Origin: Cuniculiplasma divulgatum
GTDB lineage: Archaea > Thermoplasmatota > Thermoplasmata > Thermoplasmatales > Thermoplasmataceae
Length of the DNA: 32,000 bases
Direction of reading: 5' to 3'
Assembly (NCBI RefSeq): GCF_900083515.1
Contig: NZ_LT671858.1
Span: forward strand, 420,001-452,000
The notes below the pieces were generated by a model. The model did no database searches and was not told the origin of the DNA. It worked only from the letters and a program-made list of their open reading frames with translations. The position numbers were made by a program, and so were the translations under genes. Positions 1-8,763 of the stretch are shown here, in pieces. How positions within the stretch are numbered: position 1 is the stretch's first letter; each line of letters begins with the position of its first letter.

Positions 1-294
1 AGGTTCTCTACCAGAGCGGAATCAAAAATGTTTAGGCAATTTGGAGATATAATTGGAATGACTTTAGTGCCAGAGATTAACCTTGCGGATGAGCTCGGCA
101 TGTGTTATTCTTTAATTGCAAACGTTACTGACTATGATGTGTGGTCTGACAAACCCGTAGAGGCATCAGAAGTCATCAAGATCCTTAAGGAAAATGAGGA
201 AAAAACACAGAAAATTATTGCAGATTTTCTGAAAATACATTCGGAACAAAGAACATGCGAGTGTAAAAATAGACTAGAAAATGCGAGGTTATAA
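1..294 (+). CDS. mtnP: 5'-methylthioadenosine / purine nucleoside phosphorylase, C-terminal fragment (5' end outside window)
   Basis: Frame 1 is open from base 1 ([15 protein letters not shown]...). The block [30 protein letters not shown] matches the conserved C-terminal region of PNP/MTAP-family phosphorylases. Stop TAA at 292-294. Confidence 0.75.
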   Translation, partial: RFSTRAESKMFRQFGDIIGMTLVPEINLADELGMCYSLIANVTDYDVWSDKPVEASEVIKILKENEEKTQKIIADFLKIHSEQRTCECKNRLENARL

Positions 295-305
295 ATTTGT
301 TAAAA

Positions 306-1526
306 ATGAAGTTTTTAGGAGGAGCAGAAGAAGTAGGCAGGTTGGGAATAATAATCAATATGGATGATAAGGTATTTCAGGTAGATTATGGAGTAATCCC
401 AGAAAAACCTCCATTGTTTCCACTGCCACCAGAAAAGATAGACGGACTTTTTGTGACACATTCACATCTGGATCATATAGGTGCATTGCCTATGTACTAC
501 CAGAATGATGGTGTGGATATTTTTGCTACAGAAATGACATCTAACACAGCCAGGCCAATGCTTAACGATTCAATCAAAATAACTGCCATAGAGGGCTACG
601 TAGAACGATTCAATCGGGAAGATGTAGAAAAGATGTATACATTTATGAATCAGACAAAATACAACGAAAAGATCGTTCTAGATGAAGTGAATGTTACACC
701 ATACTCAGCAGGCCATATACCAGGATCAACAATGTGGAAATTTGAAAATTCTGATGAAGTAATGGTTACTGGCGATCTTTATACAGGAGATTCAAAACTG
801 TTAACTGGGGCCAAACCAAGAAAGGTGAAGAATCTAGTAATTGAGAGTACGTATGCAGGTAAGAACCACGAAGATAGAGAAGAAGTTAGAAAAAGACTAA
901 GAGAAAGAGTATCTGAAATCGTGGAACATGGAGGAAAAGTTATACTGCCTTCATTTGCAATGGGAAGAATGCAGGAGCTAATAATGTCTCTTTCTGACCT
1001 GCCATATAAGATAGCCACCGATGGAATGGGCAATCTTATAACAAGTATTTATCTTAATACGCCTGGTTACCTGAGATCAGACAGGGAATTCAGAAAATCC
1101 CTGTCAAGTGTGAAGGCAATACGAGGAAAAAGAATGAGGGAAAACATAGATTCAGCAGATGTAATCATTTCCACATCAGGAATGCTTGATGGTGGACCAG
1201 CCCTATCCTATATAGAAAAGTATGTACATGACGACAAAAGTGCCATATTTATGACAGGATATCAGGTAGAAGGAACAAATGGGAGGAACCTGATGGAAAA
1301 GGGAACACTGAATCTATCTGGAGTTGAAGTAAAGCCTGATATGGCGGTTGAATTCTTTGATATGTCTGCACATGCAGGTCATGATGAGCTAATATCTTTC
1401 ATAAAGGGATGCCAGCCAGAGAATGTAATTCTTTGTCACGGAGATCGGAGAGAGGCTATCGTGGATGATCTTGGAAATTACAATGTGGTACTGCCATACA
1501 ATGGGAAGGAATTTACCTTAAACTAA
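306..1526 (+). CDS. beta-CASP family metallo-beta-lactamase RNase (short archaeal aCPSF2-type, no KH domains)
   Basis: MBL motif HSHLDH, then SAGHIPGS and a DLYTGD aspartate. Beta-CASP motifs are VIESTYAG, SAHAGH and CHGD. The N-terminus MKFLGGAEEVG is typical of this family, so ATG 306 is preferred over the TTG at 297 in the ORF track. Confidence 0.85.
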   Translation: MKFLGGAEEVGRLGIIINMDDKVFQVDYGVIPEKPPLFPLPPEKIDGLFVTHSHLDHIGALPMYYQNDGVDIFATEMTSNTARPMLNDSIKITAIEGYVERFNREDVEKMYTFMNQTKYNEKIVLDEVNVTPYSAGHIPGSTMWKFENSDEVMVTGDLYTGDSKLLTGAKPRKVKNLVIESTYAGKNHEDREEVRKRLRERVSEIVEHGGKVILPSFAMGRMQELIMSLSDLPYKIATDGMGNLITSIYLNTPGYLRSDREFRKSLSSVKAIRGKRMRENIDSADVIISTSGMLDGGPALSYIEKYVHDDKSAIFMTGYQVEGTNGRNLMEKGTLNLSGVEVKPDMAVEFFDMSAHAGHDELISFIKGCQPENVILCHGDRREAIVDDLGNYNVVLPYNGKEFTLN

Positions 1527-1541
1527 AATTTTTAATTTTTA

Positions 1542-2150
1542 TCATCCTATAAGGGCTGCTGCGGCGGTGAGCATAAACTGTATGGCAAAAGCCGCAACAA
1601 ACAGTCCAAAAATCCTTGTTATGGCCTTCATAGATTTATCACCCAATGCTTTTGATATGGGAGTAGCAAAGGAAAATAGAATCAGAACAACAACAAATAT
1701 AATGATCACTGAAATAATAGTATAACCCATGGAAATGTAACTCTTCCTGGCGAGTATTATGACTAGGGAAATTGCACCAGGACCTGCCAGTAAGGGAGTC
1801 GCGAATGGAACAATTCCAAGATCTGGGTTCTTGAAGGTCTTACCCGTTGATTTTGGTCGATCACCTTCTCTTACCATTTCAATTCCCATTATCAGTAATA
1901 TAATTCCGCCTGCAATCTCTATGGCGTTAATTGAAATCCCCATCAAGGATAGAACATAATAACCGGCTACGGTAAAAAATACAAGTATCAGACTCCCATA
2001 AATGAAAGCATCCTTGGCAGCAGTCCTTTTTTCGATCTCAGAATAATCTGATGTCATGGTCAGAAAAAGAGCCATAGTCCCAAAGGGATCTACAACTATG
2101 AAAAGAGGAAAAAAGACATCTATAAAGGTTGCTCCCAGAGACATGTACAC
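1542..2150 (-). CDS. MarC-family (UPF0056) integral membrane protein
   Basis: 202 aa with about 6 hydrophobic segments. The N-terminal motif FPLFIVVDPFGTMALFLTMT resembles the MarC family signature (NP-G--P-FL). Convergent with the beta-CASP gene. Confidence 0.7.
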   Translation of the reverse strand: MYMSLGATFIDVFFPLFIVVDPFGTMALFLTMTSDYSEIEKRTAAKDAFIYGSLILVFFTVAGYYVLSLMGISINAIEIAGGIILLIMGIEMVREGDRPKSTGKTFKNPDLGIVPFATPLLAGPGAISLVIILARKSYISMGYTIISVIIIFVVVLILFSFATPISKALGDKSMKAITRIFGLFVAAFAIQFMLTAAAALIG

Positions 2151-2268
2151 ATATTGTATTTAAATATAATACTTTTTCATAAATATTCAGTCTTATCAAT
2201 TTATCACTTTTAATCCAGCTCAAATCAAGTGGAATATCTTATAACGAGGATTAGCTTTCCCTAAAATA

Positions 2269-3438
2269 ATGAAAGTCGCAATACTTGGAATTGACGGATA
2301 CATAGGATGGCCGCTGGCTCTTAGACTTTTAAGTAGGGGACATGAAGTTGTGGGTGTCGACTCACTCTACACAAGGAAGAGAGTGGCAGAGGTAAATTCC
2401 GATTCAGTGACACCAATACTATCAATGGAAGATAGGATCAAGGCATTAGAAGAAAACGGACTTGGAAGAATCAAGTTTTATAAGGGAGATGTAAACGATC
2501 CAGATTTTCTCTACAGAGTTGTCAAAGAGACAAAACCTGATACGTTCGTACATCTTGCAGAGCAGAGATCTGCACCATATTCCATGATAGGTCTGTCGCA
2601 GGCAAGAGAAACATTGATGCAGAACATGGGAGGAACGCTTAATCTTGTTTATGCAATGAAGGATATTGTACCGAAAGCTCATTTGCTTAAGCTTGGTACC
2701 ATGGGAGAATATGGAACACCAAATATTGATATTCCGGAAGGATTCTTCAATGTCAAATATAATGGGAGAGAAGATTATTTGCCATTTCCTAAATTTGCTG
2801 GCTCATGGTATCACTGGAGCAAGGTCCATGATACAAACAACCTCATGTTTGCTAACAGGGTGTGGAAACTTAAGATAACCGATGTGATGCAGGGTGTAGT
2901 ATACGGAACACAGACATCAGAGATTAATAAGTACAATCTATACACAAGATTTGATATTGATGAAGTTTGGGGAACTGCACTGAACAGGTTCTGCACCCAG
3001 GCTGTACTGGGTTATGCTCTCACGGCTTACGGAAAGGGAAATCAGAGAAGAGGATTTCTGTCACTGGAGGATAGCATTAAATGTCTGACCCTTGGAATTG
3101 AGAAAGAACCAGAGGAAGGTGAGTACAGGGTGTATAATCAGTTTGATGAGCATTATTCTATAAACGAATTGACAGAACTTGTCGCAAAAAGAGCAAAGGC
3201 TCTATTCAACAGGGATGTTGAAATAAAACATTATCCGAATCCCAGGGTGGAAAAGGAAGATCACTACTATAATCCGGAGCACAAAAAACTGAAGGAGCTA
3301 GGGTATAAACCTAGTAGGAATCTTCCGGAGGATATTGAATCCATACTGAAGGATGTTTATAAATTCAGGGAAAAGGCGGAAAATCTAAGGAGTGTAATTG
3401 AACCAAAGACAGTATGGGAGAAGAGCAAGGGAAACTAA
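2269..3438 (+). CDS. agl3: UDP-sulfoquinovose synthase (SQD1/Agl3-type SDR)
   Basis: Rossmann N-terminus ILGIDGYIGWPLALRL. The blocks KLGTMGEYGTPNIDIPEGF and GSWYHWSKVHDTNNLMFANRVWKLKITDVMQGVVYGT are near-identical in pattern to the SQD1 blocks GTMGEYGTPNIDIEEG and SFYHLSKVHDS...DLNQGVVYG as I recall them. The length of 389 aa fits. Confidence 0.85.
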   Translation: MKVAILGIDGYIGWPLALRLLSRGHEVVGVDSLYTRKRVAEVNSDSVTPILSMEDRIKALEENGLGRIKFYKGDVNDPDFLYRVVKETKPDTFVHLAEQRSAPYSMIGLSQARETLMQNMGGTLNLVYAMKDIVPKAHLLKLGTMGEYGTPNIDIPEGFFNVKYNGREDYLPFPKFAGSWYHWSKVHDTNNLMFANRVWKLKITDVMQGVVYGTQTSEINKYNLYTRFDIDEVWGTALNRFCTQAVLGYALTAYGKGNQRRGFLSLEDSIKCLTLGIEKEPEEGEYRVYNQFDEHYSINELTELVAKRAKALFNRDVEIKHYPNPRVEKEDHYYNPEHKKLKELGYKPSRNLPEDIESILKDVYKFREKAENLRSVIEPKTVWEKSKGN

Positions 3439-3573
3439 TTATCACTTTACTTTAACAACTCTAATCAACGGGTTTTCACACAGTTACAAAACATAACTGG
3501 CGAAATGTGCCCTAAACCTCTACGCTATTCATTAAATGCAATCTTTATTAATGATTTCAATATTACTTTTTTA

Positions 3574-5031
3574 ATGAATTCTAGTGGAAAGAGTAATGGA
3601 ATTATGAAATTCGTAGTTATCGCGATTTCACTACTTACAGTTATGGTATTCGCATTTACCTTTTCTGGCACACCTTCAATAAGCAACGGAAAGGCCATCA
3701 CAGTTACACCGAGTGTGGTACAAAATAGTACTGTGTTTAAGTACCAGTGGATGAATGATACATCTTCAATCGCGCCTCAGCCGGTAAGCAACTCTACGAT
3801 GGCATGTTTTACTCCTAACAGTGAGGTAGTAATGTTTGGTGGAATGACCATGGTCAATGAGACTATTGTAAATGGCAAATCAACATCTTATATGCTTGTT
3901 AAGAAAACAGTTAACACAACATGGATATATAACTCTAAACAGTGGACTAAACTAACTACTTCCAGCAGTATCCCTGGCCTTGAAGGTTCAACAATGAATT
4001 TCTATCCAAGGGGTGACGACATCGTGCTGTTTGGAGGAGAAAACATTACTTCCGGTGGAAAAATGGTTTTAACAAGCCAAACATGGATATTCACAGGGTT
4101 TGCCTGGACACCCCTTAAGGGCCTTGTTGTTGCGCCTTCAGCTAGAGCGTTTGCATCATCAGCATATTCCAGTAGCATAAGTTCAATCGTCCTATTTGGA
4201 GGAAACACAAGTTCAGGGTTGTCAAACAGCACGTGGACTTTCAAGGACAACTCGTGGAAGAGAGTTACCACAACAGGACAGATACCGGCAATGGAAGGAG
4301 CAGCAATGGAATCTCTTCCAAATGGTAACATACTTCTTTATGGAGGGTTCAATGGAACCTATTCCGATTCAACATGGTTGCTTAATGTTACAACAATGCA
4401 CTGGAAAAACCTGAATTTAAATAATAACCCTGGAAAACTTGCATTTTCAAATCTGAAATATTTTTCCTTCAACAACTTCCTTCTGCTATATGGTGGTGTA
4501 AATTCTAAAGGCGTTGCGACAAACAGTAGCTGGATGTTTTCACCGGTTTCAATGTCATGGAAAAATATGAACATAAATTCCCCATCTCCTGCATATGGAC
4601 AGAGCATGTCTGTCCTTGAAGCAAATGATACAATTGTGCTTTACGGAGGACTTAGTACGAACAACAATGAATACATAAATTACACATATCAGTTCCAGAA
4701 TAATACTTACAACTGGGTAGAGTTCCAGGAGTCTGGACTTCCTGGTAACTCAACGTGGGGCATTACTCTTAATTCAAAAACGGTCAAAACCACATCAAAC
4801 GAAGTTGAATTCCTTCTGATGGCTGGCACATATGGATACACAACTATTGCTCCCAGCGGATATACAGGTCAATCCGGTAACATCACCATGTATGCATCTT
4901 TCATAACACAAAGTATATCATTCAGTAAAATCCCAAGCTTCTTTTATTACACCTACGGACTCATAGCAGGTATAGTAATTGTGATTCTCGCATACATAGG
5001 CAGCATGGTTTATAGAAAGATATTAAAATAA
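3574..5031 (+). CDS. Kelch-repeat beta-propeller surface glycoprotein with N-terminal signal/anchor, C-terminal ESGLP-type beta-sandwich module and C-terminal TM anchor
   Basis: Six spaced Kelch-like blades marked by VMFGGM, VLFGGEN, VLFGGNT, LLYGGFNG, LLLYGGVN and VLYGGL, each followed by a W-containing strand. Hydrophobic N-terminus MKFVVIAISLLTVMVFAF and C-terminal TM GLIAGIVIVILAYIGSMV followed by YRKILK. The start is uncertain: the ORF opens at 3505, and ATGs lie at 3574 and 3604. The sequence CTTTATTAA at about 3542-3550 sits about 25 nt upstream of 3574. Confidence 0.7.
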   Translation: MNSSGKSNGIMKFVVIAISLLTVMVFAFTFSGTPSISNGKAITVTPSVVQNSTVFKYQWMNDTSSIAPQPVSNSTMACFTPNSEVVMFGGMTMVNETIVNGKSTSYMLVKKTVNTTWIYNSKQWTKLTTSSSIPGLEGSTMNFYPRGDDIVLFGGENITSGGKMVLTSQTWIFTGFAWTPLKGLVVAPSARAFASSAYSSSISSIVLFGGNTSSGLSNSTWTFKDNSWKRVTTTGQIPAMEGAAMESLPNGNILLYGGFNGTYSDSTWLLNVTTMHWKNLNLNNNPGKLAFSNLKYFSFNNFLLLYGGVNSKGVATNSSWMFSPVSMSWKNMNINSPSPAYGQSMSVLEANDTIVLYGGLSTNNNEYINYTYQFQNNTYNWVEFQESGLPGNSTWGITLNSKTVKTTSNEVEFLLMAGTYGYTTIAPSGYTGQSGNITMYASFITQSISFSKIPSFFYYTYGLIAGIVIVILAYIGSMVYRKILK

Positions 5032-5074
5032 AATTATAAGCTAAAACCTATATTAAATTTTTATTCAAAACACA

Positions 5075-5081
5075 TTTTTTT
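5075..5081 (+). terminator. Oligo-T terminator after the Kelch protein gene
   Basis: A T7 run lies 44 nt after the stop at 5031, preceded by a T5 run at 5058-5062. Archaeal intrinsic termination uses oligo-T tracts. Confidence 0.5.
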
Positions 5082-5133
5082 AGGTTGATAGTTGAACATA
5101 TCAAAATAGCGGACTTAATTGATATTAGAAATG

Positions 5134-5144
5134 TATATATATAT
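5134..5144 (+). promoter_or_regulatory. TATA box, (TA)n, for the 5165-9236 operon
   Basis: TATATATATAT is centred about 26 nt upstream of ATG 5165, the spacing expected for a leaderless archaeal transcript. Confidence 0.55.
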
Positions 5145-5164
5145 GTAATCGTTATATAATACTC

Positions 5165-6043
5165 ATGAAACAAATTAGGATTCTTCTTGTAACATTTTTG
5201 ATTTTATTTTTAATGGTGGCAATAGGATTTGGACTATCGCTCTATAATCAAAGTAATATAGAGGGATCGAAGGAAAATATAGATTCATTTACCACTGCAA
5301 ATTCAGATTGCAGTGCCTCAGTCAAATATTTGTGTAGCAAGGAAACAAGAATAAATAATAATGGCAATTGCCTACAAACGTATATAACAGGTTTTTTGGT
5401 TACCTATGGTTCTAATCAGTTTATAGCCTATATTGTTGAAAATCAGTATTCTGCCAGCATTACCAGATCTTGTGAATTAGCAGGGGGATTAAATACAAAT
5501 GCAATTTGTCCTCAATGGACAGGGCACGTGTGTATGGAATACGCCGCCTACTGCGATAAACCTAAGAGTCCAAGTAATCCACCGTCATCATGGCCCTTTA
5601 ATCCTAACTCGATTTCTCAATATGCATCCCCTAATAATCAAATCTTGTGGGGAGAAACTACAGAAGTAACCGTTACATATGGAATTAAAGCAGGTGCAAC
5701 GGATGAAGGTATTGGAATTACAGGCACCTACTCATATGCTAGTTCTTACTCCCAATACGAATTTTGTATAGAGCCATTAATTTTGGAACACAATGAAGTA
5801 GAGTGGCAATACTCAGATAATCAGGGACTACATTCAACACCCCACTCATCCACCACATATCTATTAACCATGATCAATGTCCCGGATAGCAGTATCTATC
5901 AACATATATATTTGAAGTCATATGGAGAGTTTAGATCAATTTCCTGCACTGTATCTGGTGCATGTGGATATGAACACTCATCTCCAACTTCACAAATGAC
6001 AGTATGTACCGGAGGCGGGTTTAACTTTGACATAGAAAGTTAG
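5165..6043 (+). CDS. Membrane-anchored or secreted Cys-rich extracellular protein, no recognisable family (operon gene A)
   Basis: 292 aa. N-terminal hydrophobic helix ILLVTFLILFLMVAIGFGLSL. 11 Cys in the remainder, which is rich in S/T/Y/N. A (TA)n TATA box is centred about 26 nt upstream of the ATG, consistent with a leaderless first gene. Confidence 0.6.
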   Translation: MKQIRILLVTFLILFLMVAIGFGLSLYNQSNIEGSKENIDSFTTANSDCSASVKYLCSKETRINNNGNCLQTYITGFLVTYGSNQFIAYIVENQYSASITRSCELAGGLNTNAICPQWTGHVCMEYAAYCDKPKSPSNPPSSWPFNPNSISQYASPNNQILWGETTEVTVTYGIKAGATDEGIGITGTYSYASSYSQYEFCIEPLILEHNEVEWQYSDNQGLHSTPHSSTTYLLTMINVPDSSIYQHIYLKSYGEFRSISCTVSGACGYEHSSPTSQMTVCTGGGFNFDIES

Positions 6044-6093
6044 AAGAAGAAAATATAATATAAAAATAATGATATGAGCTTAGGGAGTTGATT

Positions 6094-6978
6094 ATGAATA
6101 AAAAAAGAGCAATATTCATCGCAATCATCGTATTCTTATTATTGGCATTGGGTATATTTTATTATACTGGCGCCCATAAAAAAACTGATATAGTAATTCT
6201 TATCACTCCAGCTAAAGCCAATGTAACTCAAGGGAGCAACCTAACATTCACTATTATATCTACTGGCGGAGGTTTAAAATATTTTTCAAGAGGGCCTGGA
6301 TGCTGTAAGGATAATAATGCTTACTTAACCCTGAAATATTTGGGGCCCTCCAAAAACGCACAATGTTATAGATCTGGGGTTCCAGGTAACTTTAATACTA
6401 CTACATGTTTCAACCTAAAATCAAAGGTACCATTCAATATTTCATACAACTATCCAGACACAACAACTGAATGGAATGTTACCTATCCACATACTCAGCC
6501 ACTTGAAAATTTTAGTCTAGGCCTGGCGCCAGTAGGGTATTATAAACTTTGTTATCCTAATTTAATTCTTTGTACCTACAATGTATATGGAATTCCATGT
6601 ATGTTTAAAGGAGAAAGTAGAGTTGAATATTCAACAGAACTAATAAAAGTTAATGGAATTGATATGAAATTAAACGAAACTCTCAACTCTATTGACAATG
6701 GAACAATTTCATCACGTTTAAACATAATAAATAATACTCCTAAAAACCTCAACTTAGATTCATTAAATTATACTTTTTTTGCTAAAGTATCCGAAGATAA
6801 TAACGGAACCTATACTAATTATAAATTAGAGAAAAGGACTTTACATTTAAATTTTCCAACTAACGAAACGATCAATTTCAACAAATTATTCATTTCTCAA
6901 GGGTCCAATGGTAAAGTTATTGTTTTTAGTTTTTCAATAAATATTTTCAATCAAACACTATGGGGGTTGATTTCCTGA
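6094..6978 (+). CDS. Membrane-anchored extracellular glycoprotein candidate, no recognisable family (operon gene B)
   Basis: N-terminal anchor AIFIAIIVFLLLALGIFYY. 7 Cys and about 13 N-x-S/T sequons by hand count. A GGGAG Shine-Dalgarno-like element at 6083-6087 precedes ATG 6094; the ORF track starts at the TTG at 6088. The 3' end overlaps the ABC ATPase start by 19 nt. Confidence 0.6.
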   Translation: MNKKRAIFIAIIVFLLLALGIFYYTGAHKKTDIVILITPAKANVTQGSNLTFTIISTGGGLKYFSRGPGCCKDNNAYLTLKYLGPSKNAQCYRSGVPGNFNTTTCFNLKSKVPFNISYNYPDTTTEWNVTYPHTQPLENFSLGLAPVGYYKLCYPNLILCTYNVYGIPCMFKGESRVEYSTELIKVNGIDMKLNETLNSIDNGTISSRLNIINNTPKNLNLDSLNYTFFAKVSEDNNGTYTNYKLEKRTLHLNFPTNETINFNKLFISQGSNGKVIVFSFSINIFNQTLWGLIS

Positions 6979-7835
6979 CGAATGAAAATATCAATAAGAT
7001 ATCGTTGGAATGCGACAATGTAACCAAGAGTTATGGAGTTTTTAAAAAAACCATTGCAATTCGTAATCTGGGCATAAAGGAGCTAGGTGGAACCTGTGTT
7101 TCCTTGGTTGGTCCAAATGGTGCAGGAAAATCAACTATTTTAAAGGTATTATCAGGATCCATAAGGAAATATGACGGTAAGGTTACTGTTAGGGGAAGTG
7201 TGGGTTACTGCCCTGAAATCTCTGTTAATTTCGATTTCATGAGTGCTGAGGAAAACCTTTCTTATTTTTACCCACATAATATTGAGCGAATTAAGTATAT
7301 ACTGACTAGACTAAATCTGAATACAGGAAAAAAACCAATATCCTCATTTTCAAAAGGAATGAAAAGAAAGCTAGATCTGGCAAGGAGCCTAATTCTTGGT
7401 TCTGAAATAATACTTATGGATGAACCCTTTGATGGATTAGATGCAGAGAGTTCAAAAGAACTATCGAAAATCATCGAAGATCTAAAAATAGAAGGCAAGT
7501 TAATTCTTATAACAAGCCATGATTTACACAAAGTTGAAAATGTATCAGATAAAATATTGTTCATGAAAGATGGAACCATATTCCAAAAATTAATCCTCAA
7601 GCATCTAAATTTATACAGAATAGACTTTACAGAAAATTCTGATGTAATAAGAAAGAAACTAACAGATTTGAATATAAAAATAGTTGGTGAGACTGAGTTA
7701 AGTTTTATAATTCAGGTCGATGAGGGGTTAGAAATTTGTAAATTAATCACGAAGATTCTTGGTGATGATTGCAAGATAGTTGGCTTTTCAAGGGAATCTC
7801 TTGAAAGTATTTACATGAGGGAGCTCTGTGGGTAA
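6960..7835 (+). CDS. ABC-2 (DrrA/CcmA/NatA-like) transporter ATP-binding protein
   Basis: Walker A GPNGAGKST, Q-loop GYCPE, signature FSKGMKRKL, Walker B ILMDEPFDGLD, H-loop ITSHDL. The C-terminal extension of about 75 aa ends in ESLESIYMREL, resembling the DUF4162-type tail (PSLEDVFL) of exporter ATPases. Confidence 0.9.
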   Translation: MGVDFLTNENINKISLECDNVTKSYGVFKKTIAIRNLGIKELGGTCVSLVGPNGAGKSTILKVLSGSIRKYDGKVTVRGSVGYCPEISVNFDFMSAEENLSYFYPHNIERIKYILTRLNLNTGKKPISSFSKGMKRKLDLARSLILGSEIILMDEPFDGLDAESSKELSKIIEDLKIEGKLILITSHDLHKVENVSDKILFMKDGTIFQKLILKHLNLYRIDFTENSDVIRKKLTDLNIKIVGETELSFIIQVDEGLEICKLITKILGDDCKIVGFSRESLESIYMRELCG

Positions 7836-8763
7836 ACATTATTCTGCATTTATTTCCGAATACAGAAGGAATTTCCGTCAGTTTTATAGAGGCTACACTT
7901 GGGTCTTACTTATTTTAATTGTCATAGCTTTTAGTATTTTTTTCACGCAGCCCTCATACAATTTGATGTTTGCGGGTATAAACTCTCCTATCCCATTATC
8001 CTATTTCTATTTAAATTTCTATGCCAATGTATCTTCAGGGGGGATAATCTTTATTTGGTTTATTGTTTCATCTCTTGTCGTTTCAGAAGATTCGGAACTT
8101 GGAAGATTAGAGATGCTACGGGTGAATAAGATTCCAGTTAACACAGTATTGATTTCAAAAATAGCATGGCTAATAACTTTCTCGTTCTTCGTCATTATTG
8201 TTTTAGATATAATATTTTCACTATTTCTTTTCACAAAATATACTACCTTTCGATTTAGATATCTGGGTCCGATGTTTTCTGTGATGGCACTTTACCTACT
8301 GGTATTCATCTTAAGTTCGCTTGAGGGTGTATTTATTTCCAGCATATTTTCTAAAAGGTATTATGCCATTTTTGCTGCCATATTAATGTACCTCTCGCTC
8401 GGTTTTGTTTCAGATTATTTTCATTCACTTTATTTGAATATAAGCAGTCTGAACCCGAAAAATGAGATGACCACAAACATTAATGGATTCCTCATCGTTT
8501 CAAAGAATTTTTCATTTTTTGACAAATTTGTATTCTTATTTTACCCTGAAAATTCATACTACTACATCTCAAAGGTGCTTAATGTATTTTCAATCAACGT
8601 TGCCACTGACAACTCAATCGCAAATGGGAAATATGCATCCATAAACATTCCATTATTATTCTATGGGCAGGAGTACTACTTCATCGTAATATTATCTTTG
8701 ATTATTCTAATCTTATTATCACTCATATTTTTAATAAACTGGATAAAACCGAGGTTGAAGTAA
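7828..8763 (+). CDS. ABC-2 type transporter permease
   Basis: 311 aa, very hydrophobic, with about 6-7 TM segments. The GTG start overlaps the ATPase stop by 8 nt, with GAGGGAG at 7817-7823 as an SD-like element. Position directly after the ABC-2 ATPase supports the call. Confidence 0.75.
   Translation: MGKHYSAFISEYRRNFRQFYRGYTWVLLILIVIAFSIFFTQPSYNLMFAGINSPIPLSYFYLNFYANVSSGGIIFIWFIVSSLVVSEDSELGRLEMLRVNKIPVNTVLISKIAWLITFSFFVIIVLDIIFSLFLFTKYTTFRFRYLGPMFSVMALYLLVFILSSLEGVFISSIFSKRYYAIFAAILMYLSLGFVSDYFHSLYLNISSLNPKNEMTTNINGFLIVSKNFSFFDKFVFLFYPENSYYYISKVLNVFSINVATDNSIANGKYASINIPLLFYGQEYYFIVILSLIILILLSLIFLINWIKPRLK

Noticed and set aside
3505-3573. N-terminal extension of the Kelch protein ORF (MCPKPLRYSLNAIF...)
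   Set aside because: It would place 30 or more non-signal residues before the hydrophobic signal or anchor. A TATA-like CTTTATTAA lies inside it at the right distance for a start at 3574.
5134-5144. (TA)n dinucleotide run as a microsatellite or phase-variation tract
   Set aside because: It has only about 5.5 units and sits exactly where a TATA box is expected, so it is interpreted as the promoter element.
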